A stretch of 64,000 nucleotides of DNA, from positions 2,557 to 66,556 of the forward strand of contig CAZIZK010000002.1 in the NCBI GenBank assembly GCA_964544225.1, written 5' to 3'. The notes below the pieces were generated by a model. It ran no database searches. It was not told the origin of the DNA and saw nothing but the letters and a program-made list of their open reading frames with translations. This DNA is from an uncultured Candidatus Saccharibacteria bacterium. Its GTDB lineage: Bacteria > Patescibacteriota > Minisyncoccia > Phycocordibacterales > UBA9973. The translations under genes and the position numbers were made by a program. The first letter of the stretch is position 1, and every line of letters begins with the position of its first letter. Shown here in pieces: positions 9,998 through 19,746 of the stretch.

Positions 9998-11236
9998 ATG
10001 ATACATAAAGATGAAAAAAGGGTAGTAATAGTTGGTGCAGGTTTTGCTGGTATACGGGCAGCGTTGGACTTGGAAGAAAGAAAGTTACCGAATACAAAGA
10101 TTACACTAATAGCCAACAAGCACCACTTTGAATATTATCCACGTATATATCGTGTGGTAACTGGTGAGAGTCCTTTGGAGGTGTGTATCCGACTCGATGA
10201 AATATTTGCTGGTACAGATGTAGACGTAATTGTAGACAGTGTTGCAAGTGTTGATACGGCCAATCATAAAGTTATCGGTTCAAGTGGCTCAAACTATGTA
10301 TATACCGACCTTGTTATGGCACTCGGTAGTGAGACAGTCTACTTTGGTATTGAAGGTGTAAAGGAAAGAGCCTATGGATTCAAATCAATAGAAGAAGCTC
10401 TAAAGTTAAAGGCACACTTGCACGATATGTTCGATAAATACCTCGCTTCTGATAAAGAGAATCTAGTATCACAATTGCATGTAGTTGTGGTAGGTGGTGG
10501 ACCATCAGGAGTAGAGTTCGCAGGTGAACTGAATAAATATATGCGTACATTAGCAAAGCGCCATGGTATAGACAATACATTTATAACCGTAGATATTGTG
10601 GAGGCAGCGCCAAGACTGGTGCCAATGTTGCCAGAAGATGTATCAAAGAAGATACATAAAAGGTTGCACAACTTGGGTGTAAACATATTCCTGAATCGAA
10701 CTGTGGTAAAGGAGGATGTAGACGAGATCGAGATGAAGGACATGTCTATGAAGACCAATACAATAGTTTGGACAGCAGGCTCACGACCGAACCACTTCTA
10801 CGCGACAGTTGCAGGGCTTGATCTACATAAAAGTGGCAGAGTGTTGGTAGACGAATATATGCAAGCTTCTAAATTGCCACATGTTTATATCCTTGGCGAT
10901 TCTGCCCTTACGAAATATTCAGGTTTGGCCCAAACTGCAATATACGATGGTGAGTTTATCGCAGATAATCTGTATAGGGAATATACAGGCAAGACAAAGA
11001 AGAAATATAACCCAAAGAAGGTTGCATATGCTGTGCCTGTTGGAAAACATTGGGCAGCTGTATCTGTCGGCCCGTTCAAGACATATGGGTTCATCGCATG
11101 GGTTATCCGCCAGATAGTGGACTTGCGATTCTTCCTTTCTATATTACCGTTCCGTAAAGCGTTACGAGCATTCCGATCTGAGGCACACTTGTGTGAATCA
11201 TGCGAGACTTGCGACGCATTGATAGATAAAGAATAA
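9998..11236 (+). CDS. ndh: Type II NADH dehydrogenase / FAD-dependent pyridine nucleotide-disulfide oxidoreductase
   Basis: Two Rossmann dinucleotide motifs, VVIVGAGFAG and VVVVGGGPSGVE. 412 aa. Confidence 0.75.
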   Translation: MIHKDEKRVVIVGAGFAGIRAALDLEERKLPNTKITLIANKHHFEYYPRIYRVVTGESPLEVCIRLDEIFAGTDVDVIVDSVASVDTANHKVIGSSGSNYVYTDLVMALGSETVYFGIEGVKERAYGFKSIEEALKLKAHLHDMFDKYLASDKENLVSQLHVVVVGGGPSGVEFAGELNKYMRTLAKRHGIDNTFITVDIVEAAPRLVPMLPEDVSKKIHKRLHNLGVNIFLNRTVVKEDVDEIEMKDMSMKTNTIVWTAGSRPNHFYATVAGLDLHKSGRVLVDEYMQASKLPHVYILGDSALTKYSGLAQTAIYDGEFIADNLYREYTGKTKKKYNPKKVAYAVPVGKHWAAVSVGPFKTYGFIAWVIRQIVDLRFFLSILPFRKALRAFRSEAHLCESCETCDALIDKE

Positions 11237-11245
11237 TAAATAAAA

Positions 11246-11280
11246 ATCTGGAAGTAATACTTCCAGATTTTTATTTATTT
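11246..11280. terminator. Bidirectional rho-independent terminator between ndh and murA
   Basis: Perfect 11-bp palindrome ATCTGGAAGTA-A-TACTTCCAGAT flanked by an A-run on one side and a T-run on the other. Confidence 0.55.
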
Positions 11281-12804
11281 TAATATCTTAATATTTGCAC
11301 CGATAGAGTTCAGGCGTTCGGCTATTTCTTCATAGCCACGGTTGATCATATACACATTGCGCAATATTGACGTACCTTCTGTACCTAACATCGATATGAG
11401 TATAGCCATCGATGGGCGTAGTGCCGGTGGGCAGACTATCTGGGCAGCCTTTAGCGGTGTTCCACCTTGGACATACAAGCGGTGTGGGTCAGCTAGTGTT
11501 ACATTTGCCCCTAGGCGGTTGAGCTCGGTAAAGTATATTGCACGGTTTTCATATACCCAGTCATGGATCATAGTTTGGCCCTTTGCACACACAGCAATAG
11601 GTACAAAGAAGGGTAGGTTATCCATATTGATACCTGGGTATGGGTTGGCATGGATCTTGTCATCTAGTGCTACTAATTTTGATGGGTGTATAACCAAGTC
11701 TACGAGCTTTGTACGGCCGTTGTTGGAATAATAATTTTTTGATATTTGATATTTTAGTCCCATACGACGAAGCTTCTCTAACTCAAGTGATAGGAAGTCG
11801 ATAGGTGCACGTGTAATAGCCAGTTCAGAGTCAGTCACAATAGCTGCTGCTATGAACATCATGCTTTCTATAGGGTCCTCACTATTGTGATACTCTACAT
11901 TCATATTTATATCTTTTACTCCGTGAACTGTCAGAGTGCTAGTACCTATACCGTCGATCTTCACCCCAAGTGTCTCAAGGAAGAAGCAGATTTCCTGCAC
12001 CATGTAGTTACTACTTGCGAACTTGATAGTTGTTACACCATCTATCTTCGATGCAGCTGTTAGGATATTTTCACAAGCAGTGTCACCGGCCTCGTACATT
12101 ACTAGGCTCTTTGCCTTTAGTTTGTTTGCTGTAACAATGTATTTATCATTTGTTGTTTTGACCTTGATACCAAGCTCTTCGAGTGCGTATGTGTGCGCAG
12201 CGATAGTACGCTTGCCGAGCTTGCATCCAGAAGCGTGGGGGAGTGAGAATGTTGGCAGTATGTGTGCAAGTGGACCCATGAGCATAATGATCGATCGTGT
12301 ACGGATAGCAGACTCGGTATTTATTTTATCTAGGGTAAAATTCTTTGGTGGAACTATCTCTACAGTGTTCTGTGCTGTCCAAGTAACTTTAACACCGATA
12401 CTTTCAAGTATTTCAATAACGCGATACACCTCTTCTATGCGGGCGATACCGTGTAGTGTTGTCTTGCCACGATTCAAGAGTGATGCGCATAGCAACCCTA
12501 CTGATCCGTTCTTTGAATAGTTGGTTTTAATACTACCGTGTAGCTTCCTACCACCTTCGATCTGAAAGTCGATAGAGTTGTTGATAGACACTATCTGGTG
12601 GTCCAGTACGTCACCAATTTTGCTAAGTATGTCTGTGCTGAAGTTCTGCTCACCCTTTTCCATGCGGGCAACCGCTGATTGGGAAGTGCCAAGAGCCTTG
12701 GCAAAAGCACCCTGGGTCATACCCCTGCGCTCACGTAATTCTTTTATAAATATAGCTATTTTCTGCTGATCACTTTGTTTCTTCATATTTGTATTATATA
12801 TCAT
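11275..12804 (-). CDS. murA: UDP-N-acetylglucosamine 1-carboxyvinyltransferase with an N-terminal XRE-family HTH domain (fusion)
   Basis: Residues 10-70 are a Cro/C1-type HTH (RGMTQGAFAKALGTSQSAVARMEKGE). The remainder is MurA, from the start FQIEGGRKLHGSI..GLLCASLL to the end NRGYEEIAERLNSIGANI. No stop codon separates the two parts. Confidence 0.85.
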   Translation of the reverse strand: MIYNTNMKKQSDQQKIAIFIKELRERRGMTQGAFAKALGTSQSAVARMEKGEQNFSTDILSKIGDVLDHQIVSINNSIDFQIEGGRKLHGSIKTNYSKNGSVGLLCASLLNRGKTTLHGIARIEEVYRVIEILESIGVKVTWTAQNTVEIVPPKNFTLDKINTESAIRTRSIIMLMGPLAHILPTFSLPHASGCKLGKRTIAAHTYALEELGIKVKTTNDKYIVTANKLKAKSLVMYEAGDTACENILTAASKIDGVTTIKFASSNYMVQEICFFLETLGVKIDGIGTSTLTVHGVKDINMNVEYHNSEDPIESMMFIAAAIVTDSELAITRAPIDFLSLELEKLRRMGLKYQISKNYYSNNGRTKLVDLVIHPSKLVALDDKIHANPYPGINMDNLPFFVPIAVCAKGQTMIHDWVYENRAIYFTELNRLGANVTLADPHRLYVQGGTPLKAAQIVCPPALRPSMAILISMLGTEGTSILRNVYMINRGYEEIAERLNSIGANIKILK

Positions 12805-12822
12805 ATATGATATAATTGCAAT

Positions 12823-13851
12823 ATGGATAACACGATAGACATATCAACATATACGACATTCAAACTGCCTGCCTATACACACAATATGGTTGTATTTACT
12901 GGTGGGGACATAAAGAAACTTGTAGACAGTATAGACAATAAATTGTTTGTTCTAGGTGGTGGGTCCAATATAATACTGCCGAAAGATATGACCAGTTTTA
13001 CTGTTTTAAAAATCGAAAATAAAGGTATAGAACAAGTGGAAGATGATAAAAATTCTGTAGTGCTGAAAGTAGCAAGCGGTGAATTGTGGGACGATGTGGT
13101 TGCCTATACAGTGGACCATAATTATTCTGGTATCGAAGCATTATCTGCAATACCGGGAACTTGCGGTGCAACACCAGTGCAGAATGTCGGTGCTTATGGG
13201 CAGGAGATCAAAGATGTCTTGGTATCTATCGACGCATATGATACACAGGCTGGCGAGATGGTTAGTATTGCAAATACTGAATGCGAATTTAGTTACCGTA
13301 TGAGTCGCTTTAAAAAGGACTGGAAGGGGAAATACATAATTACACATATAATACTAAAGCTTTCAAAGAATCCACCAAAATTACCAGATTACCCAGGTGT
13401 AAAAAAGTATTTTGAAGATAAAATAAATCCAACATTACAAGACATTCGTGATGCAATTATTGAAATACGTTGGTCCAAGTTACCAAAGCCAAGTGCCGTG
13501 CCGAATTGTGGATCATTTTTCGAAAATCCGATTGTAGACAAGAGTATTGCCGATACTATAAAAAAGGATTATCCAAACATGCCAACATTCTCTGTACCCA
13601 AGAGGCCAGACCTATTGGGTAAGAATAAAATAGATTTAGTAAAGATTCCGGCAGGATGGCTGATAGAAAATGCAGGTTTAAAGGGGGCAAACTTTGGAAG
13701 TGTAGGCACTTATGAAAAGAATGCTCTGGTATTGGTAAACCTAGGCTCTGCAACTCAGGATGATGTAATCAGTGCTCGGGATCAAATAATAAGTACTGTT
13801 TATGATAAATTTGGAATAACTCTCGAATCGGAACCGGAGATAATTACATAA
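12823..13851 (+). CDS. murB: UDP-N-acetylenolpyruvoylglucosamine reductase
   Basis: FAD-binding N-terminus (LGGGSNIILPKD) and MurB C-terminal domain (PAGWLIENAGLKG). Confidence 0.85.
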   Translation: MDNTIDISTYTTFKLPAYTHNMVVFTGGDIKKLVDSIDNKLFVLGGGSNIILPKDMTSFTVLKIENKGIEQVEDDKNSVVLKVASGELWDDVVAYTVDHNYSGIEALSAIPGTCGATPVQNVGAYGQEIKDVLVSIDAYDTQAGEMVSIANTECEFSYRMSRFKKDWKGKYIITHIILKLSKNPPKLPDYPGVKKYFEDKINPTLQDIRDAIIEIRWSKLPKPSAVPNCGSFFENPIVDKSIADTIKKDYPNMPTFSVPKRPDLLGKNKIDLVKIPAGWLIENAGLKGANFGSVGTYEKNALVLVNLGSATQDDVISARDQIISTVYDKFGITLESEPEIIT

Positions 13852-13890
13852 AAAACTTAGTAGTCGGACCACTAAGTGTTTTATTGTTTG

Positions 13891-13971
13891 TGCTCGGGAG
13901 AGGACTCGAACCTCCACCCCTTGCGAGAGACGATTTTGAGTCGTCCGCGTATACCATTCCGCCACCCGAGC
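13891..13971 (-). tRNA. tRNA-Leu (anticodon CAA)
   Basis: Hand-folded cloverleaf on the minus strand. Acceptor stem GCTCGGG/CCCGAGC, anticodon stem GACGA/TCGTC with loop CTCAAAA, long variable arm, T-loop TTCGAGT. No encoded CCA. Confidence 0.8.
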
Positions 13972-14056
13972 GTATTTAAGATGCTTGCATATTCTATCAA
14001 AAAAATAGGAAAAAGCAATTTTTGTTTATGTAAAAATTTTATGCTAAAATATCCCT

Positions 14057-15058
14057 ATGTCACAACTATACAGTAACTCAATATTTTGGATTGATGTAGA
14101 TAAGATCAAACCAAACCCATATCAGCCACGTCGCGAGTTCGACGAAGCCCGTCTAAAGGACCTCTCTGACTCTATTCGCCAATACGGTATACTTCAACCA
14201 CTGACAGTATCTAGAACTGAGGTTATAAAAGAAGATGGCGGTATTGCTGTGGAATACGAATTGATCGCCGGCGAGCGTAGACTCCGTGCTTCTAAATTAG
14301 CAGGCTTGCGTGAAGTACCTGTGGTGATCCGTGTGGGTGACAACAGTATGGCCAAGTTGGAGCTAGCAATTATAGAGAACTTGCAACGCGAAGACTTGAA
14401 CGCTGTAGAGCGTGCCCGTGCATTTATGCGCCTAGCAGAAGAGTTCAAATTCACTCATGCACAGATCGGTGCAAAGGTGGGTAAGAGTCGCGAATATGTT
14501 TCCAATACTTTGCGCCTATTGTCATTACCTCAGGAAGTTCTGGATGCACTATCTGCTGGCAAGATCACCGAGGGGCATACTCGCCCTATCATGATGCTTG
14601 TAGATAGGCCCGAGGAGCAGATGGTATTGTTCAAGGAAATAATGTTCAAGAAGATCAATGTTCGCGACGCAGAAAAGATGGCTCGCAAGGTAGCTGTGGA
14701 TCGTGTCAGGAAGAAGGAGTATATGCCAGACCCCGAGATATCTATGATGGAGGAAAAACTGCAAGAGACTCTAGGTACTCGCGTACATATCGAAAAGGGT
14801 GCAGTAGGTGGGCAGATCACTATCGACTTCTTCTCGAACGAAGATTTGCAGACAATACTGGACATGATCAAGAGCAATGAAGCAACAGACAAACACGCTA
14901 TGTTTAAGAAGTATGAAGCAAGCCAGCCTCAGGCTGTGGTGGTAGAATCAAAAGAAGAAATATTTGATGAAGCACCTATTGATGATCGTACAAAAGAAGA
15001 GGTCCAAGAGTCCGAGAAAGAAGCTGACTTGTACAATATCACCAACTTCTCTTTATAA
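14057..15058 (+). CDS. parB: ParB/Spo0J-family partition protein
   Basis: ParB N-terminal box (LIAGERRLRASKLAGLREVPVVIR) and HTH (GKSREYVSNTLRLLSLP). Confidence 0.85.
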   Translation: MSQLYSNSIFWIDVDKIKPNPYQPRREFDEARLKDLSDSIRQYGILQPLTVSRTEVIKEDGGIAVEYELIAGERRLRASKLAGLREVPVVIRVGDNSMAKLELAIIENLQREDLNAVERARAFMRLAEEFKFTHAQIGAKVGKSREYVSNTLRLLSLPQEVLDALSAGKITEGHTRPIMMLVDRPEEQMVLFKEIMFKKINVRDAEKMARKVAVDRVRKKEYMPDPEISMMEEKLQETLGTRVHIEKGAVGGQITIDFFSNEDLQTILDMIKSNEATDKHAMFKKYEASQPQAVVVESKEEIFDEAPIDDRTKEEVQESEKEADLYNITNFSL

Positions 15059-16567
15059 TTAAAATTTGGTATAAGAACGCAGTCTTGAAAGAAGGCTGTT
15101 TTCTTTTAGATATGAGCTAATCTGTTTTTTTGCAAGACTTGTTTTTACATTATCTAGCCATTTACTGGATGGGTTTGATTTTTTATTTACTTTTACTTCT
15201 ACCATGTCATTGTTGTGAAGTTTTGTAAAAAGTGTAGCTATTTTGCCATTTATCTTTGCACTTTGGGCATGATTACCTATATCTGAATGTATAGCATAAG
15301 CAAAGTCGATAATAGTTGAATCTTCGGGTAAGTCTACAACATCACCCTTTGGTGTTAGTACGAATATTCGATCTTTAAAAAGATCCATTTTTAAATGTTC
15401 TAGGAACTTTTCAGGGTTTATCTTTTTTTCTTCTAGGTCTTTTAGTTCTTCTAACCATTCAAGATTCTTAGGACCAAGCATATTGTCATCGGTAACATGC
15501 TTCTTATTCTTTCTGTTACTTTCTTCTTTGTATATAAAGTGTGCTGCAACACCGTATGCAGCTTCAGCGTGCATTTCTGGTGTGCGTATTTGTATCTCGA
15601 CTATACCACCATTACCTGTAAATATAGTGGTGTGTAGACTTCGATAACCATTTGGCTTTGGCATAGCTATATAGTCTTTTATGCGTCCTGGCATAGGTCG
15701 CCACAACATATGTATGAGTCCAAGTGTTCTGTAGCAGTCTTCAATATCTTTTACTATTACTCGGATAGCTACAATATCGTATATCTTATTTATATCCATT
15801 TCGTAGCGCTTTAATTTTTGCCATAGACTGTACTTATGCTTCTCGCGCTCATCTATCTCAATGACTTTTATATTATTCTTTTCTAATTCTTTTTTTAAAT
15901 CTTCTGATACTATTTCTAATTCTTTTTTATTTGAGTTAGACTTTTCTTTCAAAAGTTCTTCAACTTTGGCATAATCTTCTGGAAATACATAAGGGAAAGC
16001 CGCGTCTTCAAGAGCACCTTTTAACTTACCCATACCAATACGGTCAGCTAGGCGAGCATGTATTTGGATAGTTTCGAGTGCTATGCGATAACGTTTGTCT
16101 TCGCGAACGTATTGGAGTGTGCGTACATTGTGTAATCTGTCTGCCAATTTTATAATAAGTACTCTTAGATCTTCAGCTACAGCCATGAAGAACTTACGCA
16201 GACTCTCTACATGGCGTTCTGCGCCACGATACTTTAATTTACCAAGTTTAGTGACACCTTTTACTAGGCGAACTATCTCTGCACCGAACTCTTTCTCCAT
16301 CTCTTCTTCCGTGATTTCTGTATCTTCGAGTGTATCATGTAGCAATCCTGCACCTATAGTATTGGCATCCATACCAAAACCTGCCAATATCTTTGCAGTT
16401 TCGAATACATGTATAAAGTAGGGTTCACCACTGTTGCGCTTCTGACCCTCATGGGCACGCATAGCAAAATCGTAAGCTTTCTGTATTAGGGCCTTGTCAG
16501 CCTTGTTTAGCTTGTGAGCTTGTTCAAATATTTCATTGATATCTGGCATATATTCAGTATACACCAT
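15059..16567 (-). CDS. rel: RelA/SpoT-family (p)ppGpp synthetase/hydrolase (short form, HD + synthetase + TGS)
   Basis: HD hydrolase motif (HDTLEDT), synthetase domain, TGS (VLTPKGDVVDLPEDSTIIDFAY). 502 aa. Confidence 0.85.
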   Translation of the reverse strand: MVYTEYMPDINEIFEQAHKLNKADKALIQKAYDFAMRAHEGQKRNSGEPYFIHVFETAKILAGFGMDANTIGAGLLHDTLEDTEITEEEMEKEFGAEIVRLVKGVTKLGKLKYRGAERHVESLRKFFMAVAEDLRVLIIKLADRLHNVRTLQYVREDKRYRIALETIQIHARLADRIGMGKLKGALEDAAFPYVFPEDYAKVEELLKEKSNSNKKELEIVSEDLKKELEKNNIKVIEIDEREKHKYSLWQKLKRYEMDINKIYDIVAIRVIVKDIEDCYRTLGLIHMLWRPMPGRIKDYIAMPKPNGYRSLHTTIFTGNGGIVEIQIRTPEMHAEAAYGVAAHFIYKEESNRKNKKHVTDDNMLGPKNLEWLEELKDLEEKKINPEKFLEHLKMDLFKDRIFVLTPKGDVVDLPEDSTIIDFAYAIHSDIGNHAQSAKINGKIATLFTKLHNNDMVEVKVNKKSNPSSKWLDNVKTSLAKKQISSYLKENSLLSRLRSYTKF

Positions 16568-16588
16568 TGGTAAAATATCGGAAATAAA

Positions 16589-18859
16589 TTATTTCTTGTT
16601 ATTTACCAGATTGTCGTCGAGTTTATGAGGGTTGTGGTTCTTACACATCTTGTTGGAACAACGCTCGGGGATTGTCTTTGTACCTTCCATCATTAATGAT
16701 CCACAGTATTTACATATATTGCCTGTCGGCTTTGCCTTTATAGCGTTCTTGCAGTCTGGGTAGTTAGAACAAGAATAGAATATTCCAAATCGGCCACGGC
16801 GCTCCATCATGAGGCCCTTTTTACAAGTAGGGCATTGTACATCTGTCATCTTCTTTTTCTTTTCCTCTTCATCCTCCTCTATATATTTACACTTTGGATA
16901 GCGTGAACATGATATGAATGAGCCAAATTTACCTTCGCGTAGTACTAGGTGGCCGAGTTCTGGTACCTTTGTACTCTTGCGCTTCTTTCTGCCATTTTTA
17001 TCTAGGCCAGAGTCTTCCACAGCGGTGCCACACTTTGGACAAGGGCGGCCTAGGTCCTTTGGACCTTCGAGTTCTTTACCTTCTAGATTCCTCGCACCGA
17101 CACAGTCTGGGTAGTTAGCACATGAATAGAACTTGCCATTGCGAGCCAATTTTACAATCATGTTGCCACCACACTTTGGGCACACCATATCATCTGGTGC
17201 GTCACCCATGTTTGTGGCTTTAGCCAATTTGTCCTTTTCCTTCAATTCCTTTTGAAATGGAAGATAGAAATCTTTCAAAGTCTTTTCATATTCGCGTTCA
17301 CCATTAGAAATATCATCGAGCTTGTCCTCCATGTCGGCAGTAAATGTATCAGAAATATATTCAGCAAAGTTATCTTCCAAGAAGCTCGATACCACATCGC
17401 CAGTATCAGTAGGGAAAAGTGTACGGCCTTCTTTGTTTACATAACCGCGCTCTTCTATAGTACGCATAATAGACGCGTATGTAGATGGGCGGCCAATACC
17501 ACGAGCTTCCAACTCTTTCACAAGGCCTGCTTCTGTATAGCGACCAGGTGGAGTAGTTGCCTTCTCAGTATCTTTTAGTTCGATCAATTTCAATTCTGCG
17601 CCTACTTGCATCTCGGGTAGTTCCACATCTTCACCGCGAGCATCTGTGTCGCAGGCAAGCCAGCCCGGGAACAATACTCGGGATCCATTGGCAGTAAAGT
17701 CAGGGATAGAACCTTCTTTTATATTTGCCACTATCTTTGTCTTCATTAATTTTGCATCAGACATCTGGCTCGACACTACACGCTCCCATATCAGGCGATA
17801 CAGTCTCTTCTGTTCTTCATTATTACCAACACTTATCAAGTCAACATGAGTTGGGCGGATGGCTTCGTGGGCTTCTTGGGCGTTCTTTGACTTTGTCTTG
17901 TATGAATGAACTTCGGCATATTCACTACCATACTTCTTCTCGATAACTTTTATTATCTGATCCTGTGCAACTTTTGAAATATTTGTACTGTCGGTACGCA
18001 TGTATGTAATATGACCAGCTTCGTACAACTTCTGTGCGACTTGCATAGTGCGTGAAGGGGAGAAGCCGAGGCGTGATGATGCCACCTGTTGTAGCGTACT
18101 TGTAGTAAATGGCGCACGGGGTGAACGCTTCTGCTCGCTCGCTTTCAGGTCAGTGATATACCACTTATTACTATTGCCAAGTTCCAATATCTTGTCGACA
18201 ACTTTTTTGTCGCGAGGTTCCTCGACACATGACAATGTTAATTTGTCTTTTTTGTTTGTTTCGAATAACCCTTCGAGTACCCAGTATTGTTCTGGTACGA
18301 ATGCACGGATCTCGCGCTCGCGTTCCATGATGATACGTAGTGCAGGGGACTGCACACGGCCAGCACTCAAACCATAGCGCACCTTCTTCCATATTATTCC
18401 TGACAAATCATAACCCACTAGGCGGTCCAATACACGGCGAGCTTCTTGAGCACGACGTAGATCGGTGTCGATCTTCCTCGGTTCCTTCAATGCTTCCTCT
18501 ACTGCTTCCTTTGTAATCTCGTGGAAAGTCACACGCTTTATAGGGGCCTTCACCTTCTTATCACTTTTCAATAGTTCTTCGATATGCCAAGCGATGGCTT
18601 CACCTTCGCGGTCCGGGTCGGTTGCAAGCATTATTTCCTTTGCACCTTCAGCTAAGTGTTGAAGTTCGCTAACCACTTTTTCTTTGCCTTTTGATATTTC
18701 GTAATGCGGAATAAAGCCACCGGGTATGTCGATAGCTTTCTTGTTAGACTTTGGCAAGTCACGCACGTGACCTACAGACGCACGCACAGTATATGCACCG
18801 TCCAGATACTTCTCTATAGTCTTTGCTTTACTTGGTGATTCTACGATTAACAACTTCAT
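16589..18859 (-). CDS. topA: DNA topoisomerase I with C-terminal zinc ribbons
   Basis: TOPRIM domain (MKLLIVESPSKAKTI), the conserved topo IA motif RTDS with the catalytic Tyr in its expected context, and multiple C-x2-C...C-x2-C ribbons. Confidence 0.95.
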   Translation of the reverse strand: MKLLIVESPSKAKTIEKYLDGAYTVRASVGHVRDLPKSNKKAIDIPGGFIPHYEISKGKEKVVSELQHLAEGAKEIMLATDPDREGEAIAWHIEELLKSDKKVKAPIKRVTFHEITKEAVEEALKEPRKIDTDLRRAQEARRVLDRLVGYDLSGIIWKKVRYGLSAGRVQSPALRIIMEREREIRAFVPEQYWVLEGLFETNKKDKLTLSCVEEPRDKKVVDKILELGNSNKWYITDLKASEQKRSPRAPFTTSTLQQVASSRLGFSPSRTMQVAQKLYEAGHITYMRTDSTNISKVAQDQIIKVIEKKYGSEYAEVHSYKTKSKNAQEAHEAIRPTHVDLISVGNNEEQKRLYRLIWERVVSSQMSDAKLMKTKIVANIKEGSIPDFTANGSRVLFPGWLACDTDARGEDVELPEMQVGAELKLIELKDTEKATTPPGRYTEAGLVKELEARGIGRPSTYASIMRTIEERGYVNKEGRTLFPTDTGDVVSSFLEDNFAEYISDTFTADMEDKLDDISNGEREYEKTLKDFYLPFQKELKEKDKLAKATNMGDAPDDMVCPKCGGNMIVKLARNGKFYSCANYPDCVGARNLEGKELEGPKDLGRPCPKCGTAVEDSGLDKNGRKKRKSTKVPELGHLVLREGKFGSFISCSRYPKCKYIEEDEEEKKKKMTDVQCPTCKKGLMMERRGRFGIFYSCSNYPDCKNAIKAKPTGNICKYCGSLMMEGTKTIPERCSNKMCKNHNPHKLDDNLVNNKK

Positions 18860-18980
18860 CCCGTTAGAAGTAGAGAATCTTTAGATTCTCGTACATAACT
18901 TAAATTAATAAAATCAAAATATTACGATTATTTGAATATAATTCCCGTAGCTTGAATAACATATATGACTTCTAACGGGA
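18860..18980 (-). repeat. Structured leader repeat, copy 1 (12-bp closing stem CCCGTTAGAAGT/ACTTCTAACGGG abutting the topA ATG)
   Basis: Perfect 12-bp inverted repeat encloses about 97 nt, including hairpin GAGAATC-TAAA-GATTCTC. The 3' arm ends exactly at the start codon. ATGAAT lies at the distal end. Confidence 0.7.
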
Positions 18981-19076
18981 TTCATATCTGCCCAGTATTA
19001 CACGAAACATAATTTTTTTGCAAATTAAATGACCGATGCGTATAAATACGACACCGGCCATTTTGTGAAATTTGTC

Positions 19077-19568
19077 CTACTGAACCTCGTAAGTTCTATA
19101 GGCTAAAATGCTATCTTTTTTTATTAATTCTCTAATTTTAGGATTGCATTTTATAACAAGCTTAGAACAATGATTATACAAATAATCCTGTAAATCATTT
19201 TCTGTTTTAAAAAAAGTTCCACTAGTTCTATTTGTGTCTGACATCACGAATTCAATAATCGGGTTTTTTGCTGTATCGTTTCTTATCTCGAATATTGAAA
19301 AATCATCAGGTGTAAAATAATTTACCAAGGTGTCTTTTCTAAAGACCCATTTGAAATAGAACTTACTCCTACGATATTTCTTGTCATATCCTAATATGTG
19401 GTCTGAATCAATGGACATCAAGGGGAATGTTTGAGAAGAGAGTTTGTATTTTTTCTCATATTCTTTACCCCTGTTTATTCCTTCTTGAAATGCAAACTGG
19501 TCACAAGACACAACCAGCAAACTAATAAAAATGATAGATAAATAATAGTAATTTTTCATAACTGACAA
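19077..19568 (-). CDS. Putative lipoprotein, unknown function
   Basis: Signal peptide with lipobox LLVVSC. 163 aa. Confidence 0.55.
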   Translation of the reverse strand: MSVMKNYYYLSIIFISLLVVSCDQFAFQEGINRGKEYEKKYKLSSQTFPLMSIDSDHILGYDKKYRRSKFYFKWVFRKDTLVNYFTPDDFSIFEIRNDTAKNPIIEFVMSDTNRTSGTFFKTENDLQDYLYNHCSKLVIKCNPKIRELIKKDSILAYRTYEVQ

Positions 19569-19746
19569 TTTTAATTTTTTATTAGTCTATAATATAAAAT
19601 AGCACTTGTCAAGTTCTCCTTATTTCCCCATACTCTTCCCTTATTAAATCTTTTGCAAATTTCACCTTATGTAATTAAGGACTTTTTACTATTGACTTTT
19701 TAGTATAAATATTGTAATTTTGGTTTAAAATAATATTAATTTAATA

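Noticed and set aside
18860-18980. Leader elements interpreted as group I or group II intron fragments or as riboswitches of a known class
   Set aside because: At about 120 nt they are far too short for self-splicing introns and lack domain V or P7-type motifs. They interrupt no reading frame. No known riboswitch consensus is recognisable. I have left them as a novel structured leader or mobile repeat.
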